The notes under the pieces are model-generated. The model had not been told where the DNA came from and did no database searches. It was given only the letters and a program-made list of their open reading frames with translations. Below, piece after piece: positions 12,606 to 24,464 of a stretch of DNA of 64,000 nucleotides. The stretch comes from Squalus acanthias (taxonomy: Eukaryota). The stretch lies in NCBI GenBank assembly GCA_030390025.1, contig JASTWF010000033.1, forward strand, positions 5,830,001 to 5,894,000. Reading direction: 5' to 3'. The translations under genes and the position numbers were made by a program. Numbering within the stretch: position 1 is the stretch's first letter; every line of letters starts with the position of its first letter.

Positions 12606-13622
12606 TGAAGAGATCGCAAAGTCTCTGTTTGAAGAATGGACTCCGTTGAAAATATTTTGTGGACTTTATTGGATTTTTCTGAGGTTATTTTCCCTGTGAT
12701 GGGATCACCCTGTGTTACTATGTGGAAAACTGGTTTGTTAAATCTCCAGAGAACACATGGCAGATGGCTGTGACAAAACAACTGTCAGTCATCCAGATTA
12801 TGGAAAAGCTCTTCTCACTTCTATCTCAGAAGAGAAGCAGAACAATGAACCCACTGGCCTAGCCAGCCGGAGAGTAGCCCGTTTTGCCCAACACAAAGAC
12901 CGAGAGATGTCCCAGACTTAGGGCCATTAGTCCAATCACGGAATTCTCATGGGTCTGAGGATAACCCATCAATGATTAAGCACCGTAGTGCTTAGAAACA
13001 AAATGATTTTAAAGATTGGCTGGATAGATAGGTGTAGCGAGACTCGTATAAAGATAGACCCTTTCCCACCATTCTCTCTCTCTCTCGCTCTCGCTGCACC
13101 AAGATCGACATAACAAGAAGACCAGAGGAAGAAACAGCTACCCCCGACCGCGTGTGGGGGTAAGCATGATCTCGAGTGTCCCAAGCCGGTAACAAGAGGG
13201 CTTAGAGTTTTTCTCAGAAGTGAAGCTTTTGGGCTATTCCGAGGGTGAGAGCTTTGTTAGTTTCAGCCAAGCGAAGGGGCTTATGCGACTGGGTAATTCG
13301 TTGTTAGGGGTGGAATTAGAGTCCACCATAGCAACAAGGGAATTACTGCTTGTCATAGTCCTCAGTTTTGTACTGTATGTTTGTTGTTTGTAACCTGGAT
13401 TTTGTTCTCCATAGAGACAGTGATTTCGTTAAGTAGTGCACGTTTTAGCCAGTGTATGTTAGACCAAATAAATATAAGTTTGATTTTTCGCTGAAGCATT
13501 CCTGTCCGTGACTTATTTAATTTACACTCTGAATAATAATTTCAGGGTATAGAACTTTCGTAAGGCGGGGGCGATTCGAACCGTCCATCTAGCAATTGGG
13601 CTAGGATCAAAAACCACTTACA
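12606..13622 (+). repeat. 5' LTR of the ERV
   Basis: TGAAG...TTACA; homologous to 23963-25007; AATAAA near 13467. Confidence 0.9.
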
Positions 13623-13627
13623 TCTCT

Positions 13628-13645
13628 TGGTGACCGCGGCAGGAC
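13628..13645 (+). promoter_or_regulatory. Primer binding site, tRNA-Arg(UCG)
   Basis: TGGTGACCGCGGCAGGAC, 5 nt after the LTR; 17/18 complementary to the recalled vertebrate tRNA-Arg(UCG) 3' end GTCCTGCCGCGGTCGCCA. Confidence 0.8.
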
Positions 13646-13671
13646 CTGGGTTACAGGAGAGTAAATCAGTC

Positions 13672-15351
13672 ATGGACAGCGCTTCTGGTGAAAGATCCCA
13701 AATGGAGGAAAGGATTTCTTCATATGAGTTTAAGAAGGTTAACGTCACTAAGAAGTGGCTGCCAGGCTTGTTGCGGTCTGAGCGTCCGGTGGACGCAGCG
13801 GCAGAATGGACGGAGGGCCAGGAGCATAGGCGCAGCATTGAAAAGGCGATATGGCTCGTCTGTCTACAAAGACAAGTCCAACTGCTGGATAAGCAGGTTG
13901 CTAAGTTAGAGGCAGAGCTCAGGGAGTCCGAGGCACAGTCAGACGCAAGGGCTGTAGTAGGGAGCTGGTTATGCACGGAGCTAAGGGATGAGAAGCAGAG
14001 AAGAATAAGCCAGGAGGAAACCTTCCGTAAGCATAAGGAGTTCCTGCAATGCCAGGTAACTGAGGCAAAGGGGAACGAGAGGGTGGTTAGGGAGGAGAAC
14101 GCTCGCTTTTCGAGTGAGGTAAAGGTGCTGGGAGAGCAGTTGAAGGATATTCAGGTGGCATACAGAGTCGCCAGCACTAGAGGGTTTGATATGGGTAATC
14201 ATGGTCCTGGCCAGGAGCAGATCCGGAATTTGACCGATGCTCTATCTAAGGCCAAAGGGATGGTCTGCTTGGTAGCTCCGGGAATGGCCCGGGTAGATGA
14301 TGAAGAGCAGGAGGGAGGTAAGGAGGACTGTGAGGTAGAGGAGGACGCTCGACCACCGCCCGAAGTGCCGGGACCAGGACCCATGTGCCCTGTCCGGCAG
14401 CAGAAATACGGTGCGCCCGTAGACGGTCAAGAGCAAGGAGCACTGCAGAGTGACTTCGTGGTCCCGTATACGACCCCCCAGCTGCGGGCAATGGTCTCTA
14501 ACCTGACCAAACTGACCAGCAAAGGGGACCCATCTCTCCATTTTACAGATGTGGAGCAGGTGGGGGGGGATCAATAATTGTAACCAAGCTGAGACAGACA
14601 AATTACTATTATTTTCCCTGGATAGTAGGTTGTACCAGTCGCTCTCAGCGGGTAGCAAGAGGGGGCAGGGTACGTTAGAGTGGATAAAGGATGACATCCT
14701 AGAGGCTATGGACCTCAATGATGGAAGTCCCTTCTCCCGAGTGGAAAGGACACTGCAGTCAGCTGGGGAGACACCGCAGGCTTTCGCGGACAGGCTTTGG
14801 CCCGTCTACCGGAGTGCCTGTGCGGGGGTGCCCGACCGGGCGCAGCTGCAGGGGGAGCCTAGGGCTCATTGGCTGAGGACCCTGGTGGCGAACAGCCTGC
14901 CCAGAATCAAGGCCAAAGCAGAGGGTGGTGCGATTCCAGGGATCCCCAGACCACAGAAGAGAGGGTGATCCGGCAGTTAACTCTCTCTTTTAAGAATGGT
15001 AGGGCTGAGGATGACAAACCAAAGGGCAGAGTACACGAGTTAAAGCCTAGTGGAGGCAACGTTAGAAGAGAGTGGCGCCAGGGAGGGGGTAGCTCAGAGA
15101 AGAAGCAGGGTTGTTATGGGTGTGGGATTAAAGGGCACTGGAGGAAAGACTGCCCAGTCTCTGACAAAAGGAGCGGGAAAGGGGATCCTCCAGCGCCAGT
15201 GCAGAAAGCCGCAGCTGTGGCAGGAAGTAGCACTGATCTGTTCGCGGTATTAGTGGCTGTTCTCCGTGCAGTGTTTCCGGCAGGGCAGGGTAGGGTGGAC
15301 ACGGCAGCGGGCAGCGTACTCCCATCCGCCCCGAACAATCCCGACCGATGA
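13672..15351 (+). pseudogene. gag: gag (N-terminal coiled coil, capsid-like region, one CCHC zinc knuckle), two frameshifts
   Basis: ORFs 13627-14577, 14549-14968 and 14869-15351; CYGCGIKGHWRKDC; frameshift at the G run near 14562-14569. Confidence 0.85.
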
Positions 15352-18300
15352 CTGGGGGCTTCTCAGCCCGTTTACCTGTGCCCACTAAGATATGATGCTT
15401 TGAAGAGACCGTGCGTGAAGATGGGGATGGAGAAGGTGCAAGGGACCTATCTGCTGGACACTGGAGCTTCAAGCACCATTGTCTATGCGGATAACCCGAC
15501 CACATCACCTCTATCGAGCGGTGTCCCTCATAACTTAATAGGGATCACCGGGAACGGACAGGCTGGGTCTTTCTCCATCCCGCTAGCCATCGATCTGGGT
15601 ACACTCCATACGGAGTGGAAATGTGTCCTGATGCGGTGGGAGCGGGAGGCAATAGGCATTTTGGGGGCAGACTTCATACTGGCCCACAAGATATTAGTGG
15701 ATTTCCGGAATCACTGTCCTTGGGAGGCAGTATGCTGGGGAAAGGAGAAGGAGGTGGTAGTTATACCAGGGAAGCAATGCAAGGGAACCGTGTGTACGAT
15801 GAAGCCCAAGGGTAGTTATGACTTTGAACCTTTGGTCACTTCTACCCCGGCGGAGTACAGAGCGGATGTGTGAGCCAACCTCGCGGCATTCGCTACACAC
15901 AAGCACGACTGTGTGAGGGTAATAGGGGTGGAGGTCAGAGTAGACAGAGACCCCATGGCCCGACCACAGAAACAGTACAACTTCCCCAGAGAGGCAGAGG
16001 TGGATTTAGAGATGGCATTGTGATCACTGGTTGAGCAGGGTGTGTTGAGACCCATAGCGACCCATGTGAACTCTCCGATTTGGCCGGTTAGGAAACTGGA
16101 CAATTCGTGGAGAGCCACTGTGGACTATCGGGTTCTTAACAAGAACATCCCAGCCTGTGCCCCCACCATTACAGCCGTAGCCGACCTGATCGGGAGTATC
16201 CCGGCATCCGCGAAAACATTCACGGTGCTGGACATTTCGAACGGATTCTGGTCTATCCCTCTCAAAAGTGAGGACCAGTATAAATTTACGTTCACTTTCA
16301 AGGGTCAGCAGTACACATGGACGTGCCTTCCCCAAGGGTTTCATAACAACCCTTCTATTTTCCACCAATATATGGCCAACTGTTTAAAAGGTTTCAGTAC
16401 ACCACAGCGGCTTGTACAGTACGTGGACGATCTGCTTTTGTTCTCCAACGAGGAGGAGTTACATGGCCCCCTGCTGGCTGAGCTGCTGAGTCTGTTAAAG
16501 GAAGCTGGGTTCAAGGTTAATCCCAAGAAAGCACAGATCCGCCAGCAGGACGTAAAATTCCCCAGGCTGACCATACGTGCTGGGGAGAGGGCGATCGATA
16601 AGGTGAAAAGGAAGGCGGTACAGGAGCTACCTGCCCTGACCACGATAACGGGGGTAAGATCCCTCTTGGGACTCACAGGGTTATGCAGGGATTTCATAGA
16701 GGACTATGCCGCTATGGCAGCTCCTCTACTCCGGCTCCTTCACAAGGGAGTGGACTGGGAGTGGGATGAGGACTGCAGGGCAGCTTTTAGTCGTCTGTAG
16801 AGAGATCTGCAGACCGCACAGGCTTTAGGAGCGATTGATGGGGGAAAGGAGTTATTTTTGGAGGTAGCTGCCACAGGGGACAGTTTGAGCGCAGTGCTGC
16901 TCCAGGAGCGGCATGGCAAGCTGAGTCCTGTGGTATACTCATCAAGAATCCTCACAGATGTAGAGAGTGGGTACTCCAATTGTGAGAGGCACCGGCTTGC
17001 CACACATTGGGCCGTGAGGAGATCACAAATCTTCACGGGGGCGTCCCCGGTAACTCTCTTAACCCATCATTAGCCCAGTCAGATGCTTCTGGATGGGAGG
17101 ATAAAGGACGGCATGGTGAGCAGTGCACGCATTGCTCGCTGGACTTTATTGCTCTCTCAAACGAATTTGAGTGTGAAAGGCCTCTGTGAGCCCAAGCTCG
17201 CCTCAAGTTTGATCTACCCAGGGGTGGCCCACAAATGTTCTGTTGAATGGGTATGGGACGTAAACATAGGGTTTCGGGCTGGGATCCATGTAGACGGGTC
17301 CAGTACAGTGGTGGCAGGTGAGCAACTCACTGGATGCGGGATTTTTGACCCAAGGGCAGGCATTGCCAAGGCCATTAATCTCCCGAGCACCATGAGTGCC
17401 CAGCACTCTGAACTGTCGGCGGTGGTGTATGTGGTTACTCACCCCGAAGTGTACCCTACGGCCTATACTATTTGCTCGGACAGCATGTTCACTTGCAATT
17501 CGTGTACAGAATATTTAGCCATTTGGTCTCGTCGTGGGTTCACATCTGCAGACGGGAAACCCCTAGCAACAAAGCCATTGTTGCAACAGATCATAACATT
17601 GATAGGAACCCAGGGGGATTTCTATATCCACAAATTTAAGGCCCATTCAAAGGCGGAACCCCGTGCGGAGGGCAATCAGCAGGCCAACGTGATGACCAAA
17701 AAGGGTGCTCGAACGGGCACGTTTTGGGATCTATATGGGTCGAGTCAGGTAGCAGCGATCAGAGACAGAGGTGGGGCCCAAGGGAGTGCAGGGTGGAGCA
17801 TTGGCCCCGGACCTAAAGATGGTCCAGGCACGGGATCCCGTCCTAAAGACTGTTCTGGAGACGCTGGCTAAGGGAGATAAGGTAGAGGGTCCATACGGAG
17901 TGGCAGGTATTACGGAAAGGAAGGGATGGTTTTCAGAGGGGAACAGTGGGCAGTTCCGCAGCAGCACCGGAGAGAATTCCTTCAGTTGGCCGACGAGGGT
18001 CCAGGAGGTGGGCACCCCGGGCCGGAGACCACCTGGCAACGGGTGGAACAGGCAGGGTGGTGGCCGCAACTGAGGGAGGACGTCCGCGACTTCTGCGCGG
18101 ATTGCTTGGTGTGTGCTGCAAACAACCCTGAGCCCCAAAAAAGGAAGGTATCCATGGGACACACTAGGAGAGTGGAGGGACCATGGCAATCCATACAGGT
18201 CGATTATATCGGACCGCTGCCTACCACACAGGGGGGTTACAAGTACTGCCTGGTCCTGGTGGATGTGTTCTCTCAATGGGTAGAAGCCTTCCCATGCCGA

Positions 18301-19250
18301 ACAGCCACAGCTTTGTGCACCGCAAGGATTCTAGTGAGAGAAGTGTTCTCCAGGTGGGGGCTACCACGGTATGTGGAGTCCGATCAGGGGATTCACTTCA
18401 CATGTGTGTCATGCAGGCGACTCTGAAGATGCTCGGTATAGAGGGTAAATGGCACGTCGCACACAACCCGCAGTCATCGGGGATTGTGGAGCGGATGAAT
18501 AGGACCATCAAGGAAAGGTTATGGAAGGAGACGGGAGACTCGCCTAGACAATGGGCGGAGGTCTTGACGTTAGTTCTGATGGGGGTCCGAGCCAGCCCGT
18601 CTAGAAGCACAGGGTATTCCCCACATGAGCTCGTGACTGGCAGGGTCATGAGGACGCCCAGCCATGTACTGGCCCCGGTTCTCACGGAAGGTCAGTTGAG
18701 AGAGGTGAACCGGGACAGGTTTGTTAAGAATTTGTTTGAGCATCTCAGACAGATCCATTGGCAGGCTGCCAGTAACATGCGGAAGCAACATCGTAGAAAT
18801 CGTTTATTGCTTGAGCCTCAGAGGCACCACGAGTGGAAGGTCGGAGATCAAGTAATGGTTAGAAACTTCGCCAGGGTAGGGACTTTTGAACCGCTATACA
18901 TGGGACTGTACAGTATCATGGATAGGGCTAGTCCGATGGTATATGCGATCAAAATGCCTCGACGCACTAAGTGGTTCCTTATCAATCAGTGCAAGATTTT
19001 CAACCCTGGGGAAAGAGCTGATAAGAGGAGGAAACAGCAGGGAGTGGTGAGCTGCGCTACAGGTGTGGGTCTCCTGCCCATAATCTGGGACTGTGGGGAG
19101 CCCACAGAGGGACCAGTCGTTCCGCCTGTAGGGGCAGCAGTGAGAAGGTGTGCCAGGATCCCACGGCCGAGGGTGCCGTGGACGCCTCCTTACACACCAT
19201 TGAACGAAGGAAGCAGGAGTCGTAATAGGCCCAGGGTCGAGGAGACCTAG
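15352..19250 (+). pseudogene. pol: pro-pol: protease, RT, tether/first RNase H, second RNase H, integrase; stops and frameshifts
   Basis: LLDTGAS; PIWPVRK..LDISNGFWSIP..LPQGF..YVDDLL; VVYSSRILT..YSNCE; VDGSS..SAQHSEL..SDS..KAHS..GNQQA; GGHPG..CADC, QVDYIGPLP, ESDQG, SSGIVERMNRTIK. Confidence 0.9.
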
Positions 19251-19364
19251 TGTGGCCACCCGGAGACGTGTGCCGCTGTACATAACTGCTTTCTCTCCTG
19301 TCTGTTGCCTTAACTTGTCTGTATAGTTTGGAATTACATGTATGCTGTGGATACCAAATGTAAT

Positions 19365-20981
19365 CATAGAAACATAGAAGATAGGAGCAGGAATAGGCCA
19401 TTCGGCCCCTCGAGCCTGCTCCGCCATTCAATACGATCATGGCTGATCATCCAAACTCAGTACCCTGTCCCTGCTTTCTCCCCATATCCCTTGATCCCTT
19501 TAGCCTTAAGAAATATATCTAACTCCTTCTTGAATATATTTAATGAATTGGCCTCTACTGCCTTCTTTAGTAGAGATTTCCAAAGGTTCACCAATCTCTG
19601 GGTGAAGAAATCCCTCCTCATTTCTGTCCTAAATGGCTTACCCCTTATGCTTAGACTTTGACCCCTGGTTCTGGACTCCCCGACCATCGGGAAAATCCTT
19701 CCTGCATCTAGTCTGTCCAGTCCTTTCAGAATGTTATAAGTTTCAATGAGATCCCCTCTCATTCTTCTAAACTCCAGCGAGTATAAGCCCAATCGACCCA
19801 GTCTCTCCTCATACGTCATTCCTGTCGTCCCAGGTATTAGTCTGGTGAATCTTCGCTGAACTCCCTCCATGGCAATAACATCCTTCCTCAGATAAGGCGA
19901 CCAAAACTGCACACAATACTCAAGATGTGGTCTCACCAAGGCCCTGTACAACTGCAGCAAGACATCCTTGTTCCTGTACTCGAACCCTCTCGCTACGAAG
20001 GCCAATATACTATTTGCCTTCTTACCCGCCTGCTGCACCTGCATGCTTACCTTCAGCGACTGGTGCACAAGGACACCCAGGTCACGTTCCACTTCACCTT
20101 CGCCTAATCTATTGCTGTTCAGATAATAATCTGCCTTCCTGTTTTTGACACCAAATTGGATAACCTCGCATTTATCCACGTTATATTTCATCTGCCTTGC
20201 TTCTGCCCAATCACCCAATTTGTCCAAATCATCCTGGAGTTTCTCGGCATCCTCCTCACAGCACACACACCCGCCCAGCTTTGTGTCATCTGCAAACTTG
20301 GAGATATTACATCTAGTTCCCTTGTCTAGATCATTAATATATATTGTGAATAACTGGGATCCAAGGACCGATCCCTGCGGTACCCCACTAGGCCCTGCCT
20401 GCCACTCGGAAAAAGACCCGTTTATTCCAACTCTTTGCTTTCTGTCTGCCAACCAGTTCTCTATCCAAGTCAATACCTTGCCCCCAATCCCATGTGCCTT
20501 AACTTTACACGCTATTCTCTTATGCGGGACCTTATTGAAAGCCTTTTCAAAGTCCAAATACAGCACATCCACTGCTTCTCCCTTATCTATTCTACCAGTT
20601 ACATCCTCAACAAATTCCAGTAGATTGGTCAAGCACGATTTACCTTTTGTAAATCCATGTTGACTTTGTCCGATCCTGTCACTGTTTTCCAAGTGCTCTG
20701 CTATTACATCTTTTATAATGGACTCTAGTATTTTCCACACTACCGATGTCAGGCTTACCGGTCTGTAATTCCCCACTTTCTCTCTACCACCCTTTTTGAA
20801 TAGTGGGTTAACATTAGCTACCCTCCAATCCATGGATACAGTTGCAGATTCCATCGAATGTTGGAAGATGATCAGCATTGCATCTACTATTTCTAGGGCC
20901 ACTTCCTTCAGTACCCTAGGATGTAGATTATCAGGCCCTGGGGATATATCGGCCTTCAATCCAACCAATTTCTTTCAGTTC
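19365..20981 (-). mobile_element. 5'-truncated CR1 LINE inserted between ERV pol and env
   Basis: 503-aa RT ORF 19457-20968; tail at 19365; AATC at both junctions. Confidence 0.95.
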
Positions 20982-21056
20982 AATCGTGTGTCGCTGCGTC
21001 TGGAAAGGTGAGGCATCACCCAAGGACAACGTTGCATTCTGTGTGTTTTTCAGGGA

Positions 21057-22351
21057 ATGCCTACGAAAAAGATGAAGTCAGCCATTGTAGTCCTGAGCGT
21101 CATGATTGAAGCCAGCGAGAGTCACAGGGGCGACACCGAGGAATCGGATGTCTTCGGCTGCACCGGTGGAGATGGACCGACCGTGACCACTGGAGGTGGC
21201 TCGAAGGATGGGGCGAGCGTCTATCTCCACGAGGGAAGATGGCCTGGATGGCTGGGGTCGAATTCCACCCGGTATTCCAGCCAAGAGAAGATCACCTATG
21301 GTGAAGCGTCCATCCCATGCCCGAGAATAGGGGTTACCACCTCCCGGGTAAGGGTAACAGAGGGTAAACGGGTGTGCCTTAGCTGTAGGGGACACATTCC
21401 ACTGGGAAGGTGGTGGCGGCTCAGGAAACTGAGCGTGGATACAGGGGACCAGACAGCTGACTGGGAAAGACTGAGTAATGACACGTACCGGACGATCACA
21501 GGTTCTCAGCGGGGAGTGAATGTGTGTTGGGATAAGTGTTGGGAATCTGAGGAAGGGATATATGTGTGTTTGTGTGGGTCGGAAAAGATCTGTCCAGCGG
21601 TTGTGTCGATTGCGTTTAGCAGGTGATGGCAGGACGCCGGGGGTTGGATCAGTTGGGATCAGAGTGTGTACTACTGTGTGATCCCAAATCCCAAAACCCC
21701 CGTACACCATCAACGCCACAGAGCTCATCTCATACACCAAGAAGCCCCCGTCCAGAGCCCCGACGGTACAGACGACTGTCGATGGGTGTCCCACTACCAC
21801 CAGGGGTCCAGGGAATGGGTTGGTGTTAATCCCTACTGACAAAGTGTTGTTTCAGAACGTGCTCTACACCGTGGCAGCCGTGACCCTGAACCTGACTGAA
21901 GTCCACCTGCCTGTGTGGTGTCCAAGGAAGACGGAGAAGCTTTATGAAGCTCTGTTAAAAGCGATGTTTCAGGAATTTTTTGAACTGGACCATGGAAATG
22001 TAGAGAAAGAAGAGCTTTATAATCTGAATGTTGGGGATAGTGTGGGGTCCCGGAGGCAGAGAAGAGGGACCTGGAACAATTCCTTTTCTGCCAGAACATC
22101 TCACTGAGTTAATAAAGACCGTTGAACTCTCCCAGAAACATTTTTACACTTTGGAGCAAAAGACAGTAGAAGTGGGGGAGGAGATCAAGGGGATTGTCTC
22201 ACCACCATGGTGGGACATCGGTCTGAGTATAGAGATTCCTCCCTGGATCCGCATCTCTTCCCATGCATTAGTTATCATACAATTGTTGATTGTAAGCTAC
22301 TTGTTCTACACCAGCTGCAGGCGATGGAGACAGATGCTCCGAGCGCGGTGA
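21057..22351 (+). pseudogene. env: env: signal peptide, Ig-like domain, Pro/Thr stalk, furin site RRQRR, internally deleted fusion subunit, heptad/MPER/TM
   Basis: ORFs 21057-21626, 21820-22107 and 22028-22351; splice-acceptor-like tttttcag at 21046-21053; PPWWD and TM HALVIIQLLIVSYLFY; homologous to the env at 53100-62876 (-). Confidence 0.8.
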
Positions 22352-22662
22352 CAAGGGGTGTTAGATTGATCCGGAAAGGTGTAATTGATTTATGTTGATG
22401 ATGGTTTCTCCCTGCAAAAACTTGTAATGTACCAAGGTTCTGTAAGCAAGTGTATAGTATTCTGGTTATAGGTTTACACTCTGTACTGTGTGATGTGCGC
22501 TGTTGTATTTTTGTAATGCGTTACCACCTGTCAATGCTGTACTGTGTGATGTGCGCTGTTGTATTTTTGTAATGTGTTACCACCTGTCAATGCTGTACTG
22601 TGTGATGTGCGCTGTTGCATTTTTGTAATGTGTTACCACCTGTCAATGCTGTACTGTGTGAT

Positions 22663-23163
22663 AAAAATGAGAAGTCGCACAACACCAGGTTATAGTCCAA
22701 CAGATTTATTTAATTTTACAAGCTTTCGGAGCTGTTCGCTCCTTCCTCAGGTAGAGTAGCAGTGAGAGAATCTCCCAGAATTCACAATATAAACACAGAA
22801 AAAATCTATTCAAATCTTTCCCAACATCAAAGACACACTAAGAGCACAGCCAAGACAATGAGATGTGTCCCAGGGGGTCCAACGTGTCAAAACACCTGCT
22901 GGCTGCATATCCTGTCAATTTGTGTTGGTTCTTGTGTTAGTCTTTTTAAAAAAAATACACCTGGAAAGACCGGCCATGATGTCAAGTCACGTTCTGTATC
23001 GTGACATGAACCCGATATCGCTACTCTACTGCTACTCTACCTGAGGAAGGAGCGAACAGCTCCGAAAGCTTGTAAAATCAAATAAATCTGTTGGACTATA
23101 ACCTGGTGTTGTGCGACTTCTCATTTTTGTCCACCCCAGTCCAACGCCTGCATCTCCACATCA
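22663..23163 (+). mobile_element. Fold-back non-autonomous Penelope-type element with two inverted hammerhead motifs
   Basis: About 100-bp inverted arms, extra 3' tail of about 30 nt on the right arm, 13-bp duplication TGTACTGTGTGAT. Confidence 0.8.
23038..23074 (+). ncRNA. Minimal type I hammerhead ribozyme motif (inverted copy near 22717-22753)
   Basis: TAC-CTGAGGA-A-GGAGC-gaaca-GCTCC-GAAA-GC-TT-GTA: CUGANGA and GAAA core, stem II, palindromic AGCU stem III, stem I UAC/GUA. Confidence 0.7.
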
Positions 23164-23962
23164 TGTACTGTGTGATGTACGCTGTTGTATTTTTGTAATG
23201 CGTTACCACCTGTCAATGCTGTACTGTGTGATGTTCGCTGTTGTATTTTTGTAATGTGTTACCACCTGTCAATGCTGTACTGTGTGATGTGCGCTGTTGT
23301 ATTTTTGTAATGTGTTACCACCTGTCAATGCTGTACTGTGTGATGTGTGCTGTTGTATTTTTGTAATGTGTTACCACCTGTCAATGCTGTACTCTGTGAT
23401 GTGCGCTGCTGTATTTTTGTAATGTGTTACCACCTGTCAATGCTGTACTGTGTGATGTGCGCTGTTGTATTTTTGTAATTTGTTACCACCTGTCAATGCT
23501 GTACTGTGTGATGTGCGCTATTGTATTTTTGTAATGTGTTACCACCTGTCAATGCTGTACTGTGTGATGTGCGCTGTTGTATTTTTGTAATGTGTTACCA
23601 CCTGTCAATGCTGTACTGGGCGATGTGTGCTGTTGTGTTATTGTAATGTGTTACCACCTGTCAATGCTGTACTGTGTGATGTGCGCGGTGACCTTTTGGT
23701 AACGTCCTGTGGATCTTATTAATGTTCTGTATTTTGACTTGAAGTTTGTCGGTGGGAATTGGAACCCAGCCATTTGAATGTGTTCAGAAGCCGTTTCGCT
23801 TATGTTTCGACTCGGTAGAAGGGAACTATGACACGCAGTAAGGGGGTACGGTTCTGGGGTTAAAATGTAAAATGAGGGAAACAGCTTCACTTGTGGGAGA
23901 CTTTGGCCTTTGCTCTCTCACCGAGTGATGCTTTGTGGAAAGAAAAGCATCAAACGGGGGAC

Positions 23963-24428
23963 TGCAGTGATCGCAAAGTCTCTGTTTGAAGAATGGACAC
24001 AGTCGAGAATATTTTGTGGATATTATGGGATTTTACTGAGGGTATTTTCCCTGTGATGGGCTCACCTGGGCAGATATGTGAAAAAGTGGTTTGTTAAAAC
24101 TCCAGAGAATGCATGGCAGTTGGCTGTGAGAAAAGAACTGTCAGTCATCCAGATTATGCAAAAGCACTTCTCACCTCCATCTCAGAAGAGAAGCAGAACA
24201 ATGAACCCACTGGCCTAGCCAGCCGGAGAGGAGCCAATTTTTCCCAACACAAAGACCGAAATATATCCCAGACTTAGGGCCATCAGTACAAACACGGAGT
24301 ACACATGGGTCTGAGGCTGACCCCATCACTGATTAAGCACCGGGGTGCTTAGAAACAAAAGGATTTTAAAGATTGGCGGGAAAGATAGGGGTAGCAAGAC
24401 TCCAATAAAGATAGATCCTTTCCCTCTA

Positions 24429-24464
<36 letters not shown>

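Larger units (their letters stand above)
22481..23687. repeat. 56-bp tandem repeat (about 12 units) in the ERV 3' UTR
   Basis: Unit CTGTACTGTGTGATGTGCGCTGTTGTATTTTTGTAATGTGTTACCACCTGTCAATG; period seen at 22481 and 22537. Confidence 0.95.

Noticed and set aside
21078..21842. 254-aa antisense ORF over env as an accessory gene
   Set aside because: No recognisable motif; GC-rich shadow frame; only a single copy is available
22481..23687. CRISPR-like array
   Set aside because: Units are contiguous with no unique spacers, there are no cas genes, and the context is eukaryotic
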